Origin: Candidatus Marinacidobacterales bacterium
GTDB taxonomy: Bacteria > Acidobacteriota > Vicinamibacteria > Marinacidobacterales > SMYC01
NCBI GenBank assembly: GCA_965237955.1
Contig: OZ250169.1
Location: 3,520,001 to 3,584,000, forward strand
Length of the DNA stretch: 64,000 nt
Direction of reading: 5' to 3'
The position numbers and the translations under genes are program-made. Shown here in pieces: positions 40,980 to 51,133 of this stretch. The number at the start of each line of letters is the position of its first letter. Position 1 is the stretch's first letter. Under the pieces are notes generated by a model, which made no database searches, was not told where the DNA came from, and saw only the letters and a list, made by a program, of their open reading frames with translations.

Positions 40980-42512
40980 TCACCCGCGAAACAGCTTCCT
41001 CCAGAAACCGCTCTTCGGCTTGTCGTTCACCATACCCAATACGCTCGGCGTGCCGCCGCTCGTCGCTTGCAGGCCTGGGTACTGTGCCTTGTGAATGGCG
41101 AAAGCCTCTTCGGCCTTGGCGCTTAGCAAAGGCATCTTTGGCAGAAGGAACTCGACTATCGCGTCGATGGTAGGCAGCATCTGTTCCCAATCCCAGGATT
41201 CATTGAACCAACCGCGGCTTTCGAACCGACAGAGGACATCCTTGCTGGGCGGCTGTTTGGTCATCTGCTTGAGCGCGTCGCCGTGCTCCACGAGAAACTC
41301 GGACCTTCCGGAGAATCCGAAAGGTGGGCTCTTGAACCGGAAAACCGACTGCTTCTTGGTTACCGCAAGTTCACAGTACAGAATGGGTGCGGGATCATAA
41401 AATTCTGACCATTTGACATAGGCGGCCATCGGAAGAATGTAGCTCCTTCCCTTCGTCTTACCATCCCACGTACGCCAACCACGCTCCTTCAGATGCGGCC
41501 ATAGCACTCCGTGGAGGCGCTCTCGGCTATCTTCTTCTGACCGCGCCTTCTTCATCCGCGCCGTCTTGGATCTGATAGCCGACGCTTTCAGTTTTGACGG
41601 TATGGTGGCTGAGGGCGATCGTTTGGCTTCAAGCTCTTCAGGAGACAACAGACTCTCCCGCAAGCCTGGATCTCGCGCCAAGTCCCACAACCCAAATTTC
41701 AAGTCGTAGCGGCTCAGTACGAAGGCCAGTGCAGCGTCCAGGTCCGCGGCGTTGCCCGCTACTCCATTGTCGAGGAAGTAGGTGACTTTGAAGTCAGCGT
41801 CCACAACAACTGGCTGGTAATCCTTAAACTTCTCCTGGCATAGGCGCAGATCCTCGATAATACTGTCTCGCGCGCGAAGCTCCCGCTCACTAAAGACGCT
41901 CTTCTCTCTATTTGGCCGACCTGTGGCGAACCACGCTCGCAGCTCATCAACGGCAGTTTCCAAGAGCGGCGTGTGCGCCAGGACCATTACGGTGTTCGGC
42001 CATCTTCTAAGGACAGCGTCAAAGGGCGTCTGTTCCTGAGTGTCCCAGGCCGTGGGATGAATACCAAAAAACACGGTAGGTGGGCGAGATGCCTCTATGT
42101 CCTTGTAGCGAAGCGGATGCTCAAGGACGCGGTACCGCGCATTTGTCTTTGACGCATCAATCGTAGAACTGCCGCCAGAATCGTTTCTCCAGAGATCCAT
42201 CAGCAACGCGGCCTCGGGCAGAACGGAGCGCAACCGGACACGCGAGGTGGACCCGTCTTGCTTCAATCGCCGCATCGTCCTAGGAGCCCAAACGAGAGCC
42301 CACGCTCCCTCCCCCTCATCTTGGTCAAGAAGCACGTCAGCTAACGTGCGCGCTGATTCCCACCAACGCTCCGAATACGCCATCGCGGATCGGAGGATAC
42401 AGTCCCACTTGTCGCCAGCGAGGCGCTGCCGTGAGTCAATTCGCTCTCCCGAGTCGAGCGTGGTCATGCCCCCAATCAAGACAATCGTGGGCCCCTCGGC
42501 GGGAGCAGTCAT
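40980..42512 (-). CDS. Hypothetical protein, 510 aa
   Basis: Long uninterrupted ORF with lower GC and a GGAG RBS; no family recognised. Confidence 0.65.
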   Translation of the reverse strand: MTAPAEGPTIVLIGGMTTLDSGERIDSRQRLAGDKWDCILRSAMAYSERWWESARTLADVLLDQDEGEGAWALVWAPRTMRRLKQDGSTSRVRLRSVLPEAALLMDLWRNDSGGSSTIDASKTNARYRVLEHPLRYKDIEASRPPTVFFGIHPTAWDTQEQTPFDAVLRRWPNTVMVLAHTPLLETAVDELRAWFATGRPNREKSVFSERELRARDSIIEDLRLCQEKFKDYQPVVVDADFKVTYFLDNGVAGNAADLDAALAFVLSRYDLKFGLWDLARDPGLRESLLSPEELEAKRSPSATIPSKLKASAIRSKTARMKKARSEEDSRERLHGVLWPHLKERGWRTWDGKTKGRSYILPMAAYVKWSEFYDPAPILYCELAVTKKQSVFRFKSPPFGFSGRSEFLVEHGDALKQMTKQPPSKDVLCRFESRGWFNESWDWEQMLPTIDAIVEFLLPKMPLLSAKAEEAFAIHKAQYPGLQATSGGTPSVLGMVNDKPKSGFWRKLFRG

Positions 42513-42779
42513 AGCTTTGCTCCAACAACCAGGCTCATTGTTGCAGTCGTTAGATCCGGAGGTCGTTCATCGAGAGCAACTTCAAGTCCTACGTTGCGCG
42601 AGCCACATCGTGCCGAGTGGACCCAGACACTCGCGTTTCTCAAGAGAGATCACGTGCGCTGCACATTTCGGTTCGTCGATATTCTATGCTGTGCCACAAC
42701 ACTCCGCCAAACTTCCGAGAGCAACTCTGTCAAACAAACACATCCAGGAAATCCCTGACAGCACGGCGGAGGCGCTGAG

Positions 42780-42950
42780 GGCGTCAGAAGGTCCCGGCGC
42801 TCGACCCATCAAGGCGGCCTGGGTCAGGGATATCCGAGGCCAATGCCGTCGGGAGCGCGTACCCTTCTTCTTCAAGCAATGGCGTGGCGTTCAGAAGAAG
42901 AAGGGTGGCCGGATCCTCGAACGGCAAGACGTGGGATGGAATGCCCAAGG
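42780..42950 (+). pseudogene. DUF5131 (phage Gp37/Gp68) C-terminal fragment
   Basis: GPGARPI..AWVRDIRGQC....VPFFFKQW.G..KKKGGR, then GKTWDGMP in a shifted frame. Confidence 0.75.
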
Positions 42951-43109
42951 GGGCACCAACTGGAACTCGGAGTGCAGTGAGGTCGGCCTCGCGTTCCGTC
43001 CAGTACGGTTTTGCAACTGCGACGGTGCTGGCGCTGTTTACTGTTGGTGATGCGTATGCATCCCGTTGCAAAAGAGGCGCTTACGCTTCATCTGCCGGGC
43101 AGCGAAGGT

Positions 43110-43305
43110 CACGAGCGTCTTGCTTGACCGGAATGCGTTGGAACGCGCTCTCCGCGAATATCGTATTCATTATCTGCGTGAGAGGAATCACCAGGGTCTC
43201 GGCAACCGTTTGCTAGACGATTTTCCCCAGGACGTAGGTGCGCCCAGCGTCGAGTGCCGCGAGCGACTCGGCAGCCTACTTCATTATTATCATGCGGCTG
43301 CCTGA
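43110..43305 (+). pseudogene. rve integrase C-terminal fragment
   Basis: [17 protein letters not shown]...CRERLGSLLHYYHAAA*. Confidence 0.8.
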
Positions 43306-43383
43306 GTAGATACGTTCGAGTGCCGTCCGAGCTGCCCCCTGGGTTTCGTATCGTCGTGGCATTGACCTCCGCCGGCGGCCCAT

Positions 43384-44470
43384 TGCCTTGGTGCACAACT
43401 CCGATAGAGGCCGAGAGCTCGCTTGGCCCCGACTCCCATCATCCGATCATCTCGCTATCAGGCATCCCGAGCGCCGTCATGGTGTTGAGAATCTTGCACC
43501 CGATCCTTGCCTCAACTCTCTGTGCCGCCAACCCTCTCGCTCGCATCGCTGAGCCCACGATGGCCTTGTAGCGATGGAACGTTGTCTCGACTTTGCTCCG
43601 TTTGCTGTAGCCCGATTCTGTGTGCCACTTTCGTTTGCCGAGCCGAGCTTGTGCTGCAATGTTGCGATTGCGCTGTCGGCTGCTCGCCGGCCCCGATGCG
43701 AGCAGGGCGCCCTTGCGCGGCGGTATCAGCACCCTCGGCGAGCGATGAGCGCTGTGATTCTCGATTGCCTCATAGACACCGCCGGCGTCATATGCGGTGT
43801 CAGCTCTGGCCGATGAGATGGGACTGTCGATCTGTCCGACAAGCGATGCAACCCGCGATGAATCGCGGGCTCTTTTGCTCGTCAGCTCGCCGGCAACGAC
43901 TTCGCCACTCTGCTCGTCGACACACAGATGGAGCTTGCGATAGTCCCTGCTCTTTGGTGCTCTGCGCAGCTGGCCGGCGTGGACAGCGAGACCGCTGCTG
44001 TCGATCAAGATGTGCAACGGCGTCTTCTGCTTGTCTTGGTAGAAGGGGACCTTACCCAGCTTCGCCTTTCGCCTCGAAATCGTGGTGTGATCGGGCACAT
44101 CATTGTCTAGCTTCATCAGAGCGAACAACGATCGCAGCAATCCCTCGCTCTGCCTAGATGACAGATGAAACACCATGCCCAGGGTGACAGCCGTCTCGAT
44201 GGCGTGGTTCGAGTACTTGCGTTGACGGCCCGGTTTCCTCCTCCTCGGCCGGGGCGCGTCCCAGTTCACAAGCTTGCCGGCGGTGAGCGAGATCCAGACG
44301 GTCAGGCTCCCGCGGTTGCGTAGACCCGCCTCATATTCACGCCAATTCCTCACGCGATAGGCCTTCTTCACATACTTCCGCTGAGTGCGTTTGAAAATGC
44401 TCATGGGGAACCTCGTATCCGCGAGTACGGGACAATTGTGGACCGAGATCGCGAGTTGTGCACCAAGGCA
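43384..44470 (-). mobile_element. IS5-family element, copy 4 (1087 bp; transposase 43439-44404)
   Basis: Same TIRs and transposase as copy 1. Confidence 0.95.
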
Positions 44471-45000
44471 GATGGGTGCCGGCAGAAACGGACCCTGCGG
44501 GAGCGGCGTTGCCTGGTGTCTCGTTCGCCATAGCGGCCAGAGCGCGCCGGGTTGTAGCCGAAAGCCCGCCATGGGTCCGGCACTGGCGTTCGTGCAAGAG
44601 AACGCGGCGCATGAAGATACGCGAGAGCGAGCTTGGCGGAGCTGCCCCAAAGGTCTGCTCCCAGACCCGCCGCAAGCTGGCGAAGTCCAAACCGTCCAGA
44701 ACGACGTTCCGGCCAACCCCTGTATCCTGCGGCATCACCGAACGTTCGCTCTTCTGCCCGGTAAAGTCCAGTCTAATGAGAGACTTCCGGGTGCGCAGTT
44801 CACTGCCCGTAGCTCGCCCCGCAGCCGATTTGAGCCAGCCGTGCGCACCACCGGTAGGCCTGTCGCTCGCCACCCGCAGCCCAGGGGTCGGAAGTCAGCC
44901 CTGCGGCGCGAAATACCCGCGATTCTGCGCGGATTCCAAGGGCGTCTAAGCTGCTGATTTGTGGTCTATTTCAAAAGGGCTGAGTTTTGGCACAGGACGG
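44471..45000 (-). mobile_element. rve end + leader + DUF2924 truncated by IS5 (module copy 3)
   Basis: Diverged copy of 33173-33615; ends at GTHL where IS5 begins. Confidence 0.85.
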
Positions 45001-45289
45001 GGTAGTGCTGTGTAATCGCGGGCGCGATGCTCAAGAGAGACATGCCTCGCGCACCACATCGAGCTTTGGCGTGGGCCGAAGTGAACGCGGTTCACCTGCT
45101 CCTTCATCGGACATTGGAATGAAGACAGCGTCCTCAATACGACGGTCTTTCACAACGCCGTTGATGCGTTCGAGTGCACAGTTAAATGTCGCACGGTCGC
45201 AAATGGCAATGTGGTAATTAAACGCGCATAGCATCTCGATCGGCAACAGTTCAATGAGCGAGTGATCGACATAAATGCATTTTACTCGT

Positions 45290-45620
45290 TCCGCGTGGTG
45301 GAGGCATCCGATCTATCGGTTCGACAAACGCTTCGTGAAATCGGAATCTGCCGAAGCACCTTCTACGACTGGTACGCTCGATACCTGGAGGATGGCGTCG
45401 ATGGGCTGGCTCCCCGCAAGCGTCGTCGGGCGCGCCAATGGAACGCCGTGCCCGAGAGTGTGCGCGAGGCCGTGGTCCAGCTAGCACTGGAACGGACCGA
45501 GCTGTCACCGCGAGAGCTGGCCTGTCGCTACACCGACGACGAACGCTATTTCGTTTCAGAATCAACGGTTTACCGGATTCTGAAAGCACAGGACTTGATC
45601 ACCAGTCCGGCCTACGTGTT
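45290..45620 (+). pseudogene. IS3/IS481-like transposase N-terminal HTH fragment
   Basis: RQTLREIGICRSTFYDWYARY...ELSPRELA...FVSESTVYRILKAQDLITSPAY. Confidence 0.8.
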
Positions 45621-45680
45621 GCTCCTACGAGACCTGTCCTGGGGCCACTCGTGGAGGGCAGGCGGTATTGTCGCACCCTT

Positions 45681-46526
45681 CTACTTTTTCTTGCGCGTCC
45701 CGGCGCGAGCCGTCGGCTTCCTGAACGAGGTAGAACGCCTACCTGGTTTCCTTCCGGTCTGCCCAGCGCGCCGACTCTTCTTGGCGAGCGGCGCAAGATC
45801 GTCATCAGAGACCCCACCCATATCGATGTCGACGCCGAAGACCGATGACAGCCTGTCGGATTTGAGCACCCTGCCACTCCGGGACTTGTCTCCAGTCGGT
45901 GGCTGGTCGACGGCGGCCTCCACCATCTCGGCTGGGTCGACACCTCGCAAGGTGAACAGCAGCTCCGGCTCGTGGTCGAGGCGTGCGCCTACGCCGTAGA
46001 GCGTCGCCGCCACGTGCTTGCACATGGTCGCCCAGTCGGGGCACGAGCAACTCAGCGAGATCTCCCGAGGGGCAGGAAACAATCCCTCTCCCTTGCAGGT
46101 CACGATCTCCATCACGCCCTTGGAGATGGAGCCCTGCAGCAGCTCGACCAGCGAGTCGATTTTGCCTGCACATTGGCCCTTGATGTTGGTCCAGCGCTTC
46201 TTCGCCAGGCTTTTGATCTGGGTGTCCACCTCATAGATGTCGGAGCCGCTGACGAGAGATCGCACACGCCCCGCCTCGATCTGAAGATCGATCACCGAAC
46301 CGTTGTGCACGTAGGTTCGGCCGCGAGGCAGGCGGTTCGAGTAGTCGCTGTACGACTCGAGGTTCTTGCACCAAGCATCACCCCAGAAGGTGGTTGCGAT
46401 CTTGCGGCCCACGATCTCGATCGGTGAGATCTCGCGTCCGGCTTTTTTCATCTTAGCGACCCTCTTCGCGGCATGACGGCGGCGCGCTGCCACGGAGACG
46501 TAAGGGCGCCACGAGTACCAGCCCAT
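45681..46526 (-). CDS. SWIM zinc finger protein
   Basis: NRLPRGRTY, CSCPDWATMCKH and LLFTLRG motifs. Confidence 0.92.
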   Translation of the reverse strand: MGWYSWRPYVSVAARRRHAAKRVAKMKKAGREISPIEIVGRKIATTFWGDAWCKNLESYSDYSNRLPRGRTYVHNGSVIDLQIEAGRVRSLVSGSDIYEVDTQIKSLAKKRWTNIKGQCAGKIDSLVELLQGSISKGVMEIVTCKGEGLFPAPREISLSCSCPDWATMCKHVAATLYGVGARLDHEPELLFTLRGVDPAEMVEAAVDQPPTGDKSRSGRVLKSDRLSSVFGVDIDMGGVSDDDLAPLAKKSRRAGQTGRKPGRRSTSFRKPTARAGTRKKK

Positions 46527-46571
46527 GAGCTCACCTCACGCTTTCTTGTGACGAGCGCGTTCGTGCATCTT

Positions 46572-49310
46572 CTATTCCTCCAAGGCGCTGCTCAAGTCGA
46601 GGGACACCATAGAGATCAAATCCTCGTTGCTCATCTCCGTCAAGGCCGACTCCGCACCACCTGAAAGGAGCTTGCCTGCGAGCTTCTGCTTCCCGGCGAT
46701 CAGTTCGTCGATGCGTTCCTCCACCGTGCCCCGGCAGATGAACTTGTGAACGAGTACGTTCTTCTTCTGGCCGATGCGAAAGGCGCGGTCCGTGGCCTGG
46801 TTTTCAACCGCCGGGTTCCACCATCGGTCAAAATGGATGACATGGGACGCCGCAGTCAGATTGAGCCCAGTACCGCCAGCCTTTAGAGAAAGGACCATGA
46901 ACGGTACCCGGTCGTCCTCCTGAAACCTGTTTACCAGCCCTTGGCGCTTCTTGACCGGCGTTCCGCCATGCAGCACGAGGCCGCCGTGACCGAAGACCTC
47001 GGTCAGAAAGCGAGACAGCGGCGCCGTCATCTCGCGGAACTGGGTGAAGACCAGCACCTTATCCTGGCGCGCGGAGATGGACTCGCAAAGCTCGCGCAGC
47101 CGGGCAAGCTTGCCGCTGTCTTCGACCGCGTAGCTTCCGTCGCCGAGCCAATGGGACGGGTGATTGCAGATTTGCTTGAAGCGCATCAGAAAGGCCAGGA
47201 CCATACCGCGCCGCTCGATGCCTTCCAGCTCCTCGATGACCCTCTTCATCTCATCGACCGACTGCTTGTACAGGGCGGCCTGGCGCTTGCTCAGCAGGCA
47301 GTAGGCATTGACCTCGGTCTTGTCGGGCAGATCGGCAATGACTCTCTTGTCGGTCTTGAGCCTTCTTAGAATATACGGCTGCACCAGCCTTCGCAGCGGC
47401 GCGTAGCCTCCTTGCTTACCCGACGCCATGGATTTGCACAGGCCATTGAAGGCCTTCGCCGAGCCTAGCAGCCCCGGATTCAGGAAGTCGAAGATCGACC
47501 ACAGGTCGCCGAGGCGATTCTCCACCGGTGTGCCGGTGAGGGCCAGGCGCCACCGCGAGTCCAGTGCTTTGACCACCCTGGTTTGCTTGGCGCTGGGGTT
47601 CTTGATGGCCTGGGCCTCGTCGAGGATTACGTTCCGCCAGGCATGCGACTTCATCCACTCGGTCCGCATGGCGGTGCCGTAGGTGGTGATCACCGCGTCG
47701 TGGGCATCCACCTTCTCCTTTGGCAGCTTCTTGAGCTCGGGCGAGGGGATGCGCGACGGGTGGGCGATGAGAAACTTCATCTGGGGCGCGAAGCGTTCAA
47801 TCTCCAGGCGCCAGTTGTCGACGAGCGAGGCCGGCACGACCAGGAGGTCGGTACCCTTCTCCTTGTTGCGCCGGCTCATGGACAGCACACCGAGCACCTG
47901 GATGGTTTTCCCCAGGCCCATATCGTCGGCAAGGCAGCCGCCGAGCTCCAGGCCGCGCAGGGTCCAGAGCCACTCCACACCGAGCTTCTGGTAGGGACGG
48001 AGCTCGCCCCGCAAGCCCGCGTCCGAGTCGATCTCGGCCCGGAGCTCAGGCGAGCGCAGCGCGTCGAGCCTTGACGAAAGCCATTTTCCTGCGATGACCT
48101 CCGACCATTCCTGTCGAGCGTCCTCGGTGCCGTTCGAGTCGTCGCCATCGAGCTCGGCGCCAGCCAGCATGCGCATGGCCTCGCCGAAGCTGACTCCGCC
48201 GGCCTGGGCCTGCTTTTGCACGTCCCGCCACTGTTCGAGAACCGCGCCGAGCTTGTCCCGGTCCACCTCGACCCACTTCCCCTTGACCAGCACCAGACCC
48301 TCGCTGGCTTCGAGCAGCATCTCGATCTCCCTCGTCGACAGATTCTTGCCGTCGAGGGTCAGCTTGACGTCGAAGTCCAGGAGCGCGTCCATACCCAGCG
48401 TCGACGGCGCCTTGCCGCCCACCAACACGGAGACCTTGGGACGGGGGTGACTCTTGGCTCCCCACCAGTCGGGCATGCGCACAACGAGACCGGCTTGCTC
48501 GTACAGTGCGATCTCGCAGAGGAAGTGATGCGCCTCCGCGGGTCTCCAGGACAGGGGGTGGTAGATGTTGCCGGAGTCGACCAGCTCGCGGATGAACGCG
48601 CTCTGCCCGGCCGCGCGCGACAAGGGAGAGAGCAGCGCGAGTAGTTTCTGTCGGTTCTTCGCCCCGGCGTAGTCCTTGAGCGCTCGCCCGAGGGGCAGGT
48701 GCTGAGGCTTGGCCTCCTTGGAGACCTTGTGAACATAGGTCGCGATGAAGGCGAAGGGATACGAGGGGTCGCGTTTGTTCTCGGCCAGGTGGAAACAGAC
48801 CCGGCCGACCACGTTCCATACCGAGCCCTGCTTCTTCAGGTATCCCTGGACGCCTAGCTCAAACCGTGCTGCTTCGGTGGTCAGGGCCTTCCCGATGTCG
48901 CGCCACAGCTCGCCGAGCATCGAGGGTGTGATCAGCTCGGCGCCCTGCATGGGAGGGGCCGCCTGGGTGAAATCCGAGAGCTCGTCCGGGGCGGGCTCGG
49001 GCACGACCAGAGACGTTGGGTCGGTTGGATCCAACCCGCCACAGACCCTGACCACCAAGGCCTTCCCGATGTCGCGCCAGTACGAAAGTGTAGGGTGAAG
49101 GTCGGTGCTCAGCTCTCCCACTCCCAGATGTAACACCCCATGCCCGCGCCCCACGTTGAACGCATCGATAATGCGCCGTTGCACTGCGGCGGACAGGCCC
49201 GTGCCCTCATCGGGCGAGCCGAGGTGGACGTCAATGCGGCCGCTCGGGGTCAATCCGCAAAGAAGGGTGGCGTTGGCCCCGGTGGCACTATCGTGGAAAA
49301 GCTGCCTCAT
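46572..49310 (-). CDS. SNF2/SWI2-family helicase
   Basis: LRPYQ, LADDMGLGKT, LDEAQ, LTGTPVEN, SGKL, SLKAGGTGLNL and WNPAVENQATDRAFRIGQ motifs. Confidence 0.95.
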   Translation of the reverse strand: MRQLFHDSATGANATLLCGLTPSGRIDVHLGSPDEGTGLSAAVQRRIIDAFNVGRGHGVLHLGVGELSTDLHPTLSYWRDIGKALVVRVCGGLDPTDPTSLVVPEPAPDELSDFTQAAPPMQGAELITPSMLGELWRDIGKALTTEAARFELGVQGYLKKQGSVWNVVGRVCFHLAENKRDPSYPFAFIATYVHKVSKEAKPQHLPLGRALKDYAGAKNRQKLLALLSPLSRAAGQSAFIRELVDSGNIYHPLSWRPAEAHHFLCEIALYEQAGLVVRMPDWWGAKSHPRPKVSVLVGGKAPSTLGMDALLDFDVKLTLDGKNLSTREIEMLLEASEGLVLVKGKWVEVDRDKLGAVLEQWRDVQKQAQAGGVSFGEAMRMLAGAELDGDDSNGTEDARQEWSEVIAGKWLSSRLDALRSPELRAEIDSDAGLRGELRPYQKLGVEWLWTLRGLELGGCLADDMGLGKTIQVLGVLSMSRRNKEKGTDLLVVPASLVDNWRLEIERFAPQMKFLIAHPSRIPSPELKKLPKEKVDAHDAVITTYGTAMRTEWMKSHAWRNVILDEAQAIKNPSAKQTRVVKALDSRWRLALTGTPVENRLGDLWSIFDFLNPGLLGSAKAFNGLCKSMASGKQGGYAPLRRLVQPYILRRLKTDKRVIADLPDKTEVNAYCLLSKRQAALYKQSVDEMKRVIEELEGIERRGMVLAFLMRFKQICNHPSHWLGDGSYAVEDSGKLARLRELCESISARQDKVLVFTQFREMTAPLSRFLTEVFGHGGLVLHGGTPVKKRQGLVNRFQEDDRVPFMVLSLKAGGTGLNLTAASHVIHFDRWWNPAVENQATDRAFRIGQKKNVLVHKFICRGTVEERIDELIAGKQKLAGKLLSGGAESALTEMSNEDLISMVSLDLSSALEE

Positions 49311-49464
49311 TGGGTGTTGACCCGCGAGTGCAGCCGACTCTTGGCAACGTCGGGCAACCCCGCGAGGAAGATGACTTCCGTTCGGTGATTCACGTAGGCC
49401 TGGAACATGAACTCGGTCCAGTAGTCTCTCATCATTATTGATCCGGATTAATCTGGACGGGTAC

Positions 49465-49550
49465 TGAACCGCCCCGGGCTTTCCGGAGACTGTATGAGTT
49501 GAGTCTCGCTATCTGGGGCGAGCCTTCCTGCGACCGATAATAGTTCATCG
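49465..49550 (-). mobile_element. Isolated end of an IS3-family (IS6110-like) element
   Basis: TGAACCGCCCCGGGCTTTCCGGAGACT resembles the IS6110-type TIR as recalled. Confidence 0.65.
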
Positions 49551-49619
49551 CTCAGGGACATTCGAGAGCCGCGGCCGTTTCACCGAACGGCGGAGGACGG
49601 CGAGCTGCTGCCGAAGAGC

Positions 49620-50292
49620 TGCCTTGGTGCACAACTCCGATAGAGGCCGATAGCTCGCTTGGCCCCGACTCCCATCATCCGATCATCTCGCTATCAGGCA
49701 TCCCGAGCGCCGTCATGGTGTTCAGAATCTTGCACCCGATCCTTGCCTCGACTCTCTGTGCCGCCAACCCTCTCGCTCGCATCGCTGAGCCCACGATAGC
49801 CTTGTAGCGATGGAACGTTGTCTCGACTTTGCTCCGTTTGCTGTAGCCCGATTCTGTGTGCCACTTTCGTTTGCCGAGCCGAGCTTGTGCTGCAATGTTG
49901 CGATTGCGCTGTCGGCTGCTCGCCGGCCCCTATGCGAGCTGGGCGCCCTTGCGCGGCGGTATCAGCACCCTCGGCGAGCGATGAGCGCTGTGATTCTCGA
50001 TCGCCTCATAGACGCCGCTGGCGTCGTATGCGGTGTCAGCTCTGGCCGATGAGATGGGACTGTCGATCTGTCCGACAAGCGATGCAACCCGCGATGAATC
50101 GCGGGCTCTTTTGCTCGTCAGCTCGCCGGCGACGACTTCGCCAGTCTGCTCGTCGACACACAGATGGAGCTTGCGATAGTCCCTGCTCTTTGGTGCTCTG
50201 CGCAGCTGGCCGGCGTGGACAGCGAGACCGCTGCTGTCGATCAAGATGTGCAACGGCGTCTTCTGCTTGTCTTGGTAGAAGGGGACCTTACC
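49620..50292 (-). mobile_element. IS5-family element, copy 5, truncated by an rve mini-element
   Basis: One TIR plus the 3' two-thirds of the transposase. Confidence 0.92.
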
Positions 50293-50890
50293 CCGTCCTG
50301 TGCCAAAACTCGGCCCTTTTAAAATAGACCATAAATCAGCAGCTTAGTGTCTGTGTTTGAGGTTCTAGAGTGCGCCCCGCAGGCGCGTATATCCCCCCCA
50401 CGTCGGGTTCTCCTGCGCCACGCGTACAATGAGCTCACGGATGTCCTTCGCCGTCGGAGGTCGGCCTGGGCTCCGGTTCTTGCTGCCATCGTACTTGGCT
50501 GCGATAAGGTAGCGGTACCAGCGCAGAAGCGTAGCGGGTGTGGCAACGGACGCAATCTGGGCCAGCGCCTCGCGGCCCAAAGCCTGGGCCCTTGACGGCG
50601 AGCCTGCGCCGCTCGTCGTCCGAGAGCCTGAGACGCTTGCCCCGAAGCCCGGCTCGGAGCACACGGTTCTCCTCTTGCTGGTAGTCGATCACATCCTGCT
50701 GCTGGCGGTTGACCCAGCCAGCTAGAACGAGCAGTAGGAATTGCACGTGGTACGTCATCATGGATCTGAAGATAACACCCTCGGGCCAGACGATTGTAAA
50801 GCCTACGGCCCTTGGTCCGGTCGCAAACACAGACACTAAGCTGCTGATTTATGGTCTATTTCAAAAGGGCCTAGTTTTGGCACAGGACGG
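50293..50890 (-). mobile_element. 598-bp internally deleted rve-type IS with both ends
   Basis: Inverted CCGTCCTGTGCCAAAACT ends; contains the frameshifted 5' third of the 57015 transposase. Confidence 0.88.
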
Positions 50891-51010
50891 GGTCGAGCAA
50901 GCCATGAACGCCTACGCCGGTCTCGACGTCGTTCACCGTACGGAGAACGAGACCGTCTTCGAGATCGTCGCTTCCGGCGAGCGTCGTTGATCGGTGAAAC
51001 GATTTGTTGC

Positions 51011-51036
51011 AGAAATCTTGCCCGGGCAAGATTTCT
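51011..51036. promoter_or_regulatory. Perfect 26-bp palindrome upstream of the sulfatase
   Basis: AGAAATCTTGCCC|GGGCAAGATTTCT. Confidence 0.45.
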
Positions 51037-51133
51037 TGCCAGATGACGCGTCGCGGATCGAAAAAAGGATTCAAAACGCGGAACTTGATTTCTGCAGTGC
51101 TTTCCGTATTCTGCGCGTGTTGGAGTCATTGTT

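Noticed and set aside
37743-42950. Prophage
   Set aside because: Only isolated Nu1-like and DUF5131 fragments; no structural, large terminase or lysis genes.
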